The notes: generated by a model from the letters alone, not told the origin. A stretch of DNA of 64,000 nucleotides from Candidatus Latescibacterota bacterium (GCA_965204745.1 OZ242010.1:1408001-1472000), one strand, 5' to 3'. Counted from the first letter of the stretch, positions 9,037 to 18,717 are shown. Numbers and translations: made by a program.

Positions 9037-10734
9037 ATGAACGCGCCCAACCCCCATGTCGCCAAGTTCTACGCCCTGGCCACCGCAGGTGTGTTCCTGA
9101 TCGCCGCGTACCTGTGCTTGGTCAATCTCGACTATGTCGCGCTGTGGCACGACGAGGGGCATACGGCTATGCGCGCGAAAATTTTGTTGCAACAGGGCGA
9201 CATCATCGGGTGGGATGGGCGCAATTTGGTTGAGCACACCATGCTCAATGAGGACCTGCGGGGGGTATGGCCGCCGTTGATGTACGCGCTGACTGCGGTG
9301 GGGTTCGCCATCTTTGGGATTGACGAAATCGGCGCACGCATCGTCCACGCGCTCATCGGCATCGCCGCACTCGGGGTCTTCTATTTGTTGTTGCGCCAGC
9401 ACTTGCCGAATCACCCGCGCTCGGTGTTCTTCATCTTTGTATTCGCCGCTTGGTCCGCGCAGTTGCTGCTCTACTTCCGCCAGTCGCGCTACTTTTCGAT
9501 GAAGGTGCTCGCGCTACTACTGATCTTTTATCTGTACGAACGCTACTGGCAAAGCAAAAATCCGGCGTATCTCCCAATCGCTATGATAGTGGCCGCGCTA
9601 TCGTTTTTTAACCATTACGCCGGTGGCGCGGCGACGATGCTATCGGTGGCCGCATATCATATCCTCTCTCGCGGGCGTGCGACATCGCGGCGGGAGTGGG
9701 CACTGTTCGCGCTCTGTGGTGCGGGGGTCGTTGCAATGGGCATGGGCTACTTGGCGTGGCTCGGCGTCCTTGGGGGCGAGCGCAGCGGCTTTATGGATTT
9801 CGCGACCCAAGCCGCGCCGTATCGCGGAGACCTCTCGGCTCTTGCCCTGTTTCTTTGGAAGATGGGGGTGTATATCCGAGAGTTGTTCACCGCGGACTGG
9901 ATTTCATGGCCGGTGTGCCTGTGGTTCGCGGGGGTGATGTTGTTCGGGCGGGTGCGTAAAGGCAGATCGGCGCAGAGACCGAATCGACGCAGGCGCTCTC
10001 CTGCCCAGATGGCTGACGACGATTTTCCACGGGGCCCAGTGGGGAAGATCATCCTGATGGGCGCGTTGTTCGCGTTGTTTTCGGCGATGCTGTCCGGGCA
10101 ACCGATGTGGTTGAATCCGGTCGCGGACCTGCGCTATTACGTCGGCGCGTTGCCCTTGCTGTTGGCGATGAAGGGGTTGTTCGTAGAATGGGTTTGGCGC
10201 AAGCATGTCGTCGCAGGCGCGGCGGTGCTCTGCGCGTTGCTATTCTCCAGCATCGGCGCGGCGCCGTTCAACCTCAAAAATATTTTCACCGGCAAAGCCA
10301 CCCTCGGCATGCACTTGTTCCAATTCGTCCGCGAAGTGCATCGTCCGTACCGCGATCCCATCGCCGCGGTTTCCGACTACATGTTGCAGAACGCCGCAAA
10401 GGACGACTTGGTGTACGTGCCGAGTTACGCGGATCGCGAAGTGCTGATGTTCTACACAGGTGACCATGTGCAGTTCTGTTGCTACTTGGATGAGAATACG
10501 CCGCTACCAAGGGCAAAGATAGCGGCGTTGCAAGCCCCCTATCTTAAAGAGAACACGCCGGACTGGATCATCGGCGGGGTGGAATTGGAGCAGTTCGCTG
10601 CCCGCTATGAGGTCGTTGCCGAGTTGGATGTTTTCCCCTATCCCACGCAACGGCCGGAGTTAGGCATACACGCCTTTTCTCCGTTAGATGCCGGGCAAAG
10701 CGGCGCGGTTATCATGAGACGCTTGGACGAGTAG
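9037..10734 (+). CDS. GT-C glycosyltransferase, family B copy 2
   Basis: Close paralog of 4290-6008. Confidence 0.8.
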   Translation: MNAPNPHVAKFYALATAGVFLIAAYLCLVNLDYVALWHDEGHTAMRAKILLQQGDIIGWDGRNLVEHTMLNEDLRGVWPPLMYALTAVGFAIFGIDEIGARIVHALIGIAALGVFYLLLRQHLPNHPRSVFFIFVFAAWSAQLLLYFRQSRYFSMKVLALLLIFYLYERYWQSKNPAYLPIAMIVAALSFFNHYAGGAATMLSVAAYHILSRGRATSRREWALFALCGAGVVAMGMGYLAWLGVLGGERSGFMDFATQAAPYRGDLSALALFLWKMGVYIRELFTADWISWPVCLWFAGVMLFGRVRKGRSAQRPNRRRRSPAQMADDDFPRGPVGKIILMGALFALFSAMLSGQPMWLNPVADLRYYVGALPLLLAMKGLFVEWVWRKHVVAGAAVLCALLFSSIGAAPFNLKNIFTGKATLGMHLFQFVREVHRPYRDPIAAVSDYMLQNAAKDDLVYVPSYADREVLMFYTGDHVQFCCYLDENTPLPRAKIAALQAPYLKENTPDWIIGGVELEQFAARYEVVAELDVFPYPTQRPELGIHAFSPLDAGQSGAVIMRRLDE

Positions 10735-10765
10735 GGGCAACAATTGGTGAATCAAAGAGGAAGCG

Positions 10766-12031
10766 ATGGGTAAGAAACAAAAAAAGTCCGGAAAACGTTC
10801 CCGCCGGGCACAGTCCTCAAATCGCAAAGGTCTCCGTTTAAGGCGAGACTATCGAAAGGCCCTGCTCGCTGTTGGCATTCTCTTGGCGATCATGGTCCGC
10901 TACCCACTGTTGCCTTTTAAGTCGTATGATTATATAGTCGCCCTGCGTCCGTGGTACGAGTTCATCGCCTCTAATGGCAACTTTGCCGCGCTGAAGTACG
11001 ATTTTTCCCACTACAATGTCCCGTATCTCTATCTCTTGGCGACGGTTGCGTATTTTTTTTTCGATCTCCACTCACTTCTCGCCATCAAGATCACCTCCAT
11101 AATTTTCGATTTTGTCCTCGCCTTTTTCGTCTATCGATGCGTGCGTCTCAAATACCGCCAACCGAACGAGGACGCCATACCGATTCTGGCCGCGCTGGTC
11201 GCGCTGTCGATGCCCACGGTGGTCATCAATAGCGCGCTGTGGGGACAAGCGGACGCGATATATACCGCCTTCTTGGTCGCATGTCTGTATTACTTGCTCG
11301 CCGGACGCCAAGCCGCGGCGTTCATCGCCTTTGGGGTGGCGTTCAGTTTCAAGGCACAATCCTTTTTTTTTGCTCCGTTTTTACTGTGGTTGTCGGTAAA
11401 AAAGAAAGTGAATTGGCGTTGTGTTTTGTCCCCAATGGTATACTTGATCTCCATCCTGCCCGCATGGTTCATCGGTAGACCCCTATACGATTTGCTCATG
11501 ATCTATCCCAATCAAATGGCTCATTACGAATATAAGAGACGCCTCAGTCTGAATGCACCCAATTTGTATCAATGGATTCCCAACGCCTATTACGACTTCT
11601 ATCCGGTCGGCATGGCGTTCACCGCGATAGTCGCCTTGGGCATCGCCTATTTCGTCTTTAAGAGCCGGGTGGAGATCACCGCGGATCGCCTCGTTTTCCT
11701 GGCGACCTTCTCTGTCCTGATCATGCCCTACCTTTTGCCCAAGATGCACGACCGGTACTTCTTCCCGGCTGACGTCATTGCCATCATTTTGGCTTTCTAC
11801 TGCCCGCGCTATTGGTATGTGCCGGTGGTCATCGGCTCCGTGTCGGCCCTTGCGTACATGCCCTATCTGTTCTACATATTCATTCTCCCGCAGTGGCTAC
11901 CGGCTGTGCTGTTGCTCCTCATCGCGGTTTTGGGGCGGCAATTTCTGCTGATGTTTCGGACAAACACCCACTGCGCGGACAGGCACGGGGGCATGGCCCC
12001 TACGACTGATGGAGGTAGGCGGAATGGCTGA
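10766..12031 (+). CDS. GT-C glycosyltransferase, family A copy 3
   Basis: Paralog of family A; 3' end runs into a GTAG-REP. Confidence 0.8.
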   Translation: MGKKQKKSGKRSRRAQSSNRKGLRLRRDYRKALLAVGILLAIMVRYPLLPFKSYDYIVALRPWYEFIASNGNFAALKYDFSHYNVPYLYLLATVAYFFFDLHSLLAIKITSIIFDFVLAFFVYRCVRLKYRQPNEDAIPILAALVALSMPTVVINSALWGQADAIYTAFLVACLYYLLAGRQAAAFIAFGVAFSFKAQSFFFAPFLLWLSVKKKVNWRCVLSPMVYLISILPAWFIGRPLYDLLMIYPNQMAHYEYKRRLSLNAPNLYQWIPNAYYDFYPVGMAFTAIVALGIAYFVFKSRVEITADRLVFLATFSVLIMPYLLPKMHDRYFFPADVIAIILAFYCPRYWYVPVVIGSVSALAYMPYLFYIFILPQWLPAVLLLLIAVLGRQFLLMFRTNTHCADRHGGMAPTTDGGRRNG

Positions 12032-13670
12032 GTATGGTGGTCCCACTGCGGAGGCGGTGACGAGAAGCCGCTCTGTTCAGAGTTGGCTGAAGCGTCTATT
12101 CCTGCCCGGCGATACCCACACCGAGAACGCGATTTTCCTCGGCCTGATACTCATTGGCACTGCGGTTCGCCTGACCTTGCTAGGCGACATCCCCGCGGGG
12201 TTACACCAAGACGAGGCCAGCACGGGCTACAACGCCTACGCGGTATTGGAATACGGCATCAGTCGGCACGGCTATCGCAACCCGGTTCATTTTATTGCTT
12301 GGGGAAGCGGACAGGACGCCCTATACGCGTATTTCTCGATGCCGTTCATCAAGGCTATGGGCTTGAACATCGTGTCCATCCGTCTCGCGCAGGCCCTGTT
12401 GGGCGTCGTCTCTCTGTTCGTAATGTACGCCATTGGTCGGCGTCTCGCAGATGGGCGATTCGCCCTGTTCGCTCTGTTTGTGCTGACCATCTCGCCATGG
12501 CATGTCATGATGAGCCGGTGGGGTTTGGAATGTAACTTGTTGCCGGCGATGTTACTGCTGAGCTTCGCCTTGTTGCTTCGGGGATTAGAGCACCCACGCT
12601 ACATAATCCCCTCGTTCTTCCTATTGTCGCTTTCTCTATACGCTTATGCCACGGCTTACTTCTTTGTGCCGTTGTTTACACTCGGGGTTCTCCTTATGGC
12701 GGTTAAGTGCCGTCTGGTGGACTTCAGGTACTATGGGATCGGTTTGGTCGTGATGGTTGTAACCGCGATTCCCATTGGTTTGGTCGTGGCGATCAATTTG
12801 TTCGACGCTCCGACCATAGAAACGCCGCTGTTTTCCATGCCGCGCTACACCGGCGGGGCGAGGTATCCCGGGCAAGCGGGGTTCAAGACGTATGTTTTCG
12901 AAGATATTTGGCGCAATGCCAAAGAACTTTTTTTTCTTTTTGTAGTACGGGGTCATGGCAGGTATGTTTACAATGCCCTGCCCGAGTTCGGATATTTCTA
13001 CCGCTGGGGCGGCTTTCTCGTCTCTCTGGTCGGTGCCTGTTTTCTGGTACGCGATACTGCAAAGGATCGCCGCCCCGAGAACCTGCTCGTGCTCCTGTGG
13101 CTGGTGGTCGCGCTCCTGACCTCAATGGCTGTGTATCCGAACATCAATCGATCTAACTGCATATTTCTTTCGCTACTCTTGTGCGCCGCCTACGGATTGT
13201 ACACCGCGCTTGGCGACGGGTACGGGTCAATGGCGAAAATCTTGGGCGTCATCGCGCTGGCGTATCTGACAATTTCATTTGCGGGCTTCACCAAGGCGTA
13301 CTTCGGCGACTACCGCTATCAAAAGATACCCTTTTTCGCTCCTTCTTATGGCGAGGCATTTGCACACATCGCACGCCATGCCGACGAGCGCGAAACCATC
13401 TACCTGACGGACCAAGAACGCCATACATTCGCGTTGTTCTATGCCCGCCCGGATCCCCGCGTGTATATGGAGACAGCGGATATTCCGAATCGAACAGCGC
13501 TATTTCAATTCCCCAAATCCTTTGACCGATACGTATTCGGCATTGACGCAGAGGCGCGGAAGAAGGGCGACGTATTCCTCATCGCCAACCGGAAATTGCA
13601 ATTTTTTTCCCCATCCGACTTCATCATCGTCAGGTTTCACCATTATAGCGCGGCGTACCGCCGTCGATAA
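12024..13670 (+). CDS. GT-C glycosyltransferase (ArnT/PMT-like), family D copy 1
   Basis: PAGLHQDEAS and SPWH..SR motifs; GGAGG RBS before ATG at 12024. Confidence 0.8.
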   Translation: MAEYGGPTAEAVTRSRSVQSWLKRLFLPGDTHTENAIFLGLILIGTAVRLTLLGDIPAGLHQDEASTGYNAYAVLEYGISRHGYRNPVHFIAWGSGQDALYAYFSMPFIKAMGLNIVSIRLAQALLGVVSLFVMYAIGRRLADGRFALFALFVLTISPWHVMMSRWGLECNLLPAMLLLSFALLLRGLEHPRYIIPSFFLLSLSLYAYATAYFFVPLFTLGVLLMAVKCRLVDFRYYGIGLVVMVVTAIPIGLVVAINLFDAPTIETPLFSMPRYTGGARYPGQAGFKTYVFEDIWRNAKELFFLFVVRGHGRYVYNALPEFGYFYRWGGFLVSLVGACFLVRDTAKDRRPENLLVLLWLVVALLTSMAVYPNINRSNCIFLSLLLCAAYGLYTALGDGYGSMAKILGVIALAYLTISFAGFTKAYFGDYRYQKIPFFAPSYGEAFAHIARHADERETIYLTDQERHTFALFYARPDPRVYMETADIPNRTALFQFPKSFDRYVFGIDAEARKKGDVFLIANRKLQFFSPSDFIIVRFHHYSAAYRRR

Positions 13671-13674
13671 TACA

Positions 13675-14007
13675 TGGACAGGCACAGGGGCCTGTTCCTA
13701 CGACTGATAGGGGAAACCCCTGACCCCTTGAGAAGGATAGCGCGACCACCTTCTCCCCTCTTGCCTCTCCCGTCTCCCCTCTCACCGAAGGGGGGTTGGG
13801 CGGGGCGGACTGACCACTGCCCCCTTAAGAAGGATAGCGCGGTTGCCTTCTCCTCTTGTATCTTTGGGCGAGCACAGGGGCATCGCCCCTACACATATCG
13901 CTCACCTTTGAACTGGCTGTCGCTCAGTTGTACCCCGCTCGTGCCTTTTGTGGCCTCCCCTCTTGCCTCTCCCGTCTCCCCTCTCACCAAAGGGGGGTTG
14001 GGCGGGG
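13675..14007. repeat. Composite REP/heptamer cluster
   Basis: GGGCGAGCACAGGGGCATCGCCCCTAC REP plus CCCCTCT/CCCGTCT heptamers; near-copy at 18408-18690. Confidence 0.75.
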
Positions 14008-14072
14008 TGGAATTGGAGCAGTTAGATGCCGGGCAAAGCGGCGCGGTTATCATGAGACGCTTGGACGAGTAG
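14001..14072 (+). pseudogene. 3' relic of a deleted family B glycosyltransferase
   Basis: GGVELEQ + LDAGQSGAVIMRRLDE* match two separate segments of the B2 C-terminus. Confidence 0.7.
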
Positions 14073-14103
14073 GGGCAACAATTGGTGAATCAAAGAGGAA
14101 GCG

Positions 14104-15321
14104 ATGGGTAAGAAGCAAAAAAAGTCCGGAAAACGTTCCCGCCGGGCACAACCCTCAAATCGCAAGGGTATCCGTTCAAGGCGAGACTATCGAAAGGCCC
14201 TGCTCGCTGTTGGCGTTCTCTTGGCGATCATGGTCCGCTACCCCCTGTTGCCTGTTGAGACGCATGATTATCAAGTCCACTTGAAGCCGTGGTACGACTT
14301 TATCGTTCAGCACGATCACTTTGCCGCGCTGAAGTACGATTTTGCCAACTACAATGTCCCGTATCTCTATCTCTTGGCGACGGTTGCGTATTTTTTTTCC
14401 GATCTCCACTCACTTCTCGCCATCAAGATCACCTCCATAATTTTCGATTTTGTCCTCGCCTTTTTCGTCTATCGATGCGTGCGTCTCAAATACCGCCAAC
14501 CGAACGAGGGGGCCATACCGATTCTAGCCGCGCTGACCGTGTTGTTGGCCCCCACGGTGGTTCTCAATAGCGCGCTGTGGGGACAAGCGGACGCGATACA
14601 TACCGCCTTCTTGGTCGCATGTCTGTATTACTTGCTCGCCGGACGCCAAGCCGCGGCGTTCATCGCCTTTGGGATGGCGTTCACCTTCAAATTGCAATCT
14701 GTTTTTTTTGGCCCGTTTTTACTGTGGTTGTTGGTGAAAAAGGAAGTGAATTGGCGTTATGTTTGGTTGAGTCCCGCGGTGTACGTGGTCTCCAGCTTGC
14801 CCGCTTGGTTTATCGGCAGACCCTTCGCGGATCTGCTCATGATCTACTTCGGTCAAGCAGACGTATTTCGGGATCTCTGTAGAAACGCGCCCAATTTGTA
14901 TCAATGGATTCCCAACGCCTATTACGATTTCTATCCGGTCGGTATGGCGTTCACCGCGATGGTCGCCTTGGGCATCGCCTATTTTGTCTCTAAGAGCCGG
15001 GTGAAGATCACCGCGGATCACCTCGTTTTCCTGGCGACCTTCTCTGTCCTGATCATGCCCTATTTTTTGCCCAAGATGCACGACAGGTACTTCTTCCCGG
15101 CTGACATCATCGCCATCATTTTGGCTTTCTACTGCCCGCGTTACTGGTATGTGCCGGTGGTCATAAGCTCCGTGTCGGTCCTTGCGTACATGCCCTATCT
15201 GTTCAACATATTCATTCTCCCGCAGTGGCAACCGGCTGTGCTGTTGCTCCTCATCGCGGTTTTGGGGCGGCAATTCCTGCTGATGTTTTCGGACGAACAT
15301 CGACTTGGACGCAGGGGGTGA
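14104..15321 (+). CDS. GT-C glycosyltransferase, family A copy 4
   Basis: Paralog of family A. Confidence 0.8.
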   Translation: MGKKQKKSGKRSRRAQPSNRKGIRSRRDYRKALLAVGVLLAIMVRYPLLPVETHDYQVHLKPWYDFIVQHDHFAALKYDFANYNVPYLYLLATVAYFFSDLHSLLAIKITSIIFDFVLAFFVYRCVRLKYRQPNEGAIPILAALTVLLAPTVVLNSALWGQADAIHTAFLVACLYYLLAGRQAAAFIAFGMAFTFKLQSVFFGPFLLWLLVKKEVNWRYVWLSPAVYVVSSLPAWFIGRPFADLLMIYFGQADVFRDLCRNAPNLYQWIPNAYYDFYPVGMAFTAMVALGIAYFVSKSRVKITADHLVFLATFSVLIMPYFLPKMHDRYFFPADIIAIILAFYCPRYWYVPVVISSVSVLAYMPYLFNIFILPQWQPAVLLLLIAVLGRQFLLMFSDEHRLGRRG

Positions 15322-15326
15322 CTGGC

Positions 15327-17023
15327 ATGACAAAAAAACAAAAAAATCGGCGGACGAGGAACCGTCAGGGGCGTGCCAACACCGCCAAACCGCAGACCCC
15401 GGTGCAGGTAGCGGCGAGCGATCACCCTGTTAAGCGTTGGCTGAAGCGGTTGTTCCTGCCCGGGGATAATGCTGTTGAGAACGCGATCTTCCTCGCTCTG
15501 ATACTGGTCGGTGCCGCAGTTCGCCTGATTTTGCTCGGCGACATTCCCGCAGGGTTGAACCAAGACGAGGCCGCTCTGGGCTACGACGCCTGGGCCTTGT
15601 TGGAATACGGCATTGACCGGCACGGTTATCACAACCCGGTGCATTTTGTGTCTTGGGGAAGCGGGCAGAACGCCCTGTACGGCTATTTCTCGATGCCGTT
15701 CATCAAGGCGATGGGCTTGAACATCGTGTCCATCCGTCTCGCGCAGGCCCTGTTGGGCGTCGTCTCCTTGTTCGCAATGTACGCCATTGGTCGGCGTCTC
15801 GCAGATGGGCGATTCGCCCTGTTCGCCTTGTTTGTGTTGACCATCTCGCCGTGGCACGTCATGATGAGCCGATGGGGGTTGGAGTCCAACTTATTGCCGC
15901 CATTGTTGCTGTTCAGTTTCTCCTTTTTGCTTCGGGGATTGATCACCTCGCGCTACATCATCCCCGCGTTCTTCCTGCTGTCCCTTTCCCTGTACGCGTA
16001 TGGCACGGCTTACTTCTTTGTGCCGATCTTTACACTCGGGGTTCTCGTCTATGGGATGAAGCACCGCCAGATCGACGTCCGGCACTGGGGAGGCGGCTTG
16101 GTCGTGATGATCGTGACCGCGATTCCCATTGGCTTGTTCTTGGCGGTCAATTTGTTCGAATGGGAGGCCATAGAAACGCCGCTGTTCTCCATGCCGCGCT
16201 ACACTGGCGTGCCGAGGTATGCCACAACTGCCGCGTTCTTCAGTGCGGATTTTTTTTTCAAATTTGGCAGAACGGCCTGCACTTAGGGCCACTGATAGCG
16301 ACTGGACACGGCGAACCTATTTACAATGCCCTGCCCGAGTTCGGATATTTCTACCGCTGGGGCGGTTTTCTCGTCTCTGTGGTCGGCACGGGCTTTCTCG
16401 TGCGCGATGGCGTGCGGGGGCGCCGCCCCGAAAACCTGCTCGTGCTCCTGTGGCTGGTGGTCGCGCTTTTGACGTCAATAACGGTGAAGCCGAACATCAA
16501 TCGGATCAACGTCATATTCTTTCCGCTACTTCTGTGCACTGCGTACGGGCTGTACACCGCGCTTGGCGAGCAGTACAGGTCCATAGTGAAAATCGCGGGT
16601 GTCGTCGCGCTGGCGTATCTGATCTTTTCATTTGCGGCTTTCACCAAGACGTACTTCAGCGACTACCGCTGGCAACAAGTGCAATATTTCGCTCCTTCTT
16701 ATGGCGAGGCATTTGCACACATCGCACGCCATGCCAACGAGCGCGAAACCATCTATCTGACGGGCTACCAACTCCATACATTTGCGTTGTTCTACGCCCG
16801 CCCGGATCCCCGCGTGTATATGGAGACAGCGGATATTCCGAATCCAACAGCGGAATTTCAATACGTCAAATCCTTTGACCGATACGTATTCGGCATTGAC
16901 GCAGAGGCGCGGAAGAAGGGCAACGTATTCCTCATCGACAACCGGGAATTGCAATTTTTTTCCCCATCCGACTTCATCATCGTCAGGTTTCACCATTATA
17001 GCGCGGCGTACCGCCGTCGATAA
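15327..17023 (+). pseudogene. GT-C glycosyltransferase, family D copy 2, frameshifted at a T9 tract
   Basis: Homology to D1 switches frame at 16250-16258. Confidence 0.75.
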
Positions 17024-17174
17024 TACATGGACAGGCCCCTGTGCCTGTCCCTACGACTGATAGGGGAAACCACTGACCCTTGAGAAGGATAGCGCGGTTG
17101 CCTTCTCCCCTCTTGTATCTTGGAAGTAAGGGTTAATTAGGAGTTGCGCCCTCGTATCGAGATAAGCCATCTTG

Positions 17175-17312
17175 ATGCCCGGCTCGGGGAAGGCCGGCCC
17201 CTCTTGAAGGCGATGACCTTGTAGGTAAGATAGGCCCCCCGACCGCCGGGTCTATGCCGAAGAGTATCTAAGCCCCTTGAGGCTGCATATACAAGACCGG
17301 TAGACTTGGCGT
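17175..17312 (+). ncRNA. IS110 bridge RNA with target-binding and donor-binding loops (approximate bounds)
   Basis: Guides CCCCTCTT (17198) and AGGTAAG (17223) match the target; AGAGTATCT (17261) and ATACAAG (17289) match the donor junction; each pair flanks a stem. Confidence 0.8.
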
Positions 17313-17380
17313 CAATGGTCGGGACGCGACCCCGAGCGCGCACCAGATCCCTTACAACCCCCTCATCACAGGAGGCCCCC

Positions 17381-18388
17381 ATGTCGAAATCTCACCCCGC
17401 TTTTGCCGGCATTGATGTCAGTGCCCGCACGTTGTCCGTTGCCCTGTCCAGACCCGGACAAGCTGTCATGCAAGCGACCTTTGCCAATGATCCCCAAGCG
17501 CATAAGCGGTTGCTGAAGTGGCTCACGAAGGGCGGGCACATGGTCTCTGTGTGCCTCGAAGCGACCGGGCTTTACAGTTTGGGGGTGGCCTTGGCCTTGC
17601 ATCGGCATCGCCACACAAAGGTCATGGTCGTCAATCCCAAAGCGATGAGCAAGTACGCCCAAGCCTGCATGCAACGGGCGAAGACGGATGCGAAGGATGC
17701 GTTGTTGATCCTCGACTATGCCGAGCGCATGCCTTTTGTGCCTTGGCAAGCGCCGAGCGAGCAACGGCTTCAACTGCAAGCCCTCACCAGACGCATTGAC
17801 CAACTCAAGCAGGAGATCATCCGCGAACAGAGCCGCAACCACGCGCAGAGCTACCACATCCGCAGCACACGTCTCATCGCACGCGATATTCAGGTGAATA
17901 TTCGACACTTCAAACGCCGGATTGCATACTTGGAAAGCCAAGCCCTCGATCTCGTTTTGCACGATGAGCCCCTCAAGCGTGCCTACCAACGCCTCTGCTC
18001 GACGCCTGGCATCGCGCAAACGAGTGCCTTGCGGCTCTTGGCCGAGTTGACCCTTTTGCCAGAGGAGATGCAACCGCCCCAGTGGGTCGCACATGCAGGC
18101 CTGGATCCCAAACCCAAACAATCCGGAACCGCCAATCCACAAAGACGCATCTCGAAAACCGGGAATAAGTACCTCCGCCATGCCCTCTATATGCCTGCCT
18201 GGGTGGCCATCAGACACGAAGGCCATGTCAAAGCCTTCTATGACCAACTCATCGCCCGCGGCAAGAAACCTTTGCAGGCTATCGTTGCGGTGATGCGAAA
18301 GTTGCTCCATTCGATCTGGGGCATGTTGCGCCATGACCAAGATTTTGAGGGCGAAAAATTCTATCGAATCACCCCGAAAACCCCTTGA
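17381..18388 (+). CDS. IS110 DEDD recombinase/transposase
   Basis: GIDVS, CLEATG, KTDAKDA, QSG and ISKTGNKYLR motifs; AGGAGG RBS. Confidence 0.95.
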   Translation: MSKSHPAFAGIDVSARTLSVALSRPGQAVMQATFANDPQAHKRLLKWLTKGGHMVSVCLEATGLYSLGVALALHRHRHTKVMVVNPKAMSKYAQACMQRAKTDAKDALLILDYAERMPFVPWQAPSEQRLQLQALTRRIDQLKQEIIREQSRNHAQSYHIRSTRLIARDIQVNIRHFKRRIAYLESQALDLVLHDEPLKRAYQRLCSTPGIAQTSALRLLAELTLLPEEMQPPQWVAHAGLDPKPKQSGTANPQRRISKTGNKYLRHALYMPAWVAIRHEGHVKAFYDQLIARGKKPLQAIVAVMRKLLHSIWGMLRHDQDFEGEKFYRITPKTP

Positions 18389-18407
18389 CCTTTTAAGAGA
18401 GTATCTT

Positions 18408-18714
18408 GCCTCTCCCGTCTCCCCTCTCACCAAAGGGGGATTGGGCAGGGCGGACTGACCACTGACCCCTTGAGAAGGATAGCGCGGTTGCCTTCTCCTT
18501 CTTGTATCTTTGGGCGAGCACAGGGGCATCGCCCCTACACATATCGCTCACCTTTGAACTGGCTATCGCCTTTTGTGCCTTTGAACTGGCTGTCGCTCAG
18601 TTGTACCCCGCTCGTGCCTTTTGTGGCCTCCCCTCTTGCCTCTCCCGTCTCCCCTCTCACCAAAGGGGGATTGGGCGGGGCGGACTGACCACTGACCACT
18701 GACTACTGACTACT
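18408..18714. repeat. Composite REP/heptamer cluster ending in (CTGACCA/CTGACTA)n
   Basis: Near-copy of 13762-14007; heptamers at 18684-18713. Confidence 0.75.
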
Positions 18715-18717
18715 CCC

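Larger units (their letters stand above)
17112..18407 (+). mobile_element. Complete IS110-family element, copy 2
   Basis: No TIRs; core CTT/TCTTG at both junctions; removing it restores CCCCTCTTGCCTCTCCCG as seen at 13755, 13957 and 18630. Confidence 0.93.

Noticed and set aside
3063-17023. Integron cassette array or DGR as the cause of the GT-C paralog series
   Set aside because: No attC-like sites, integrase or reverse transcriptase seen; differences are not adenine-restricted
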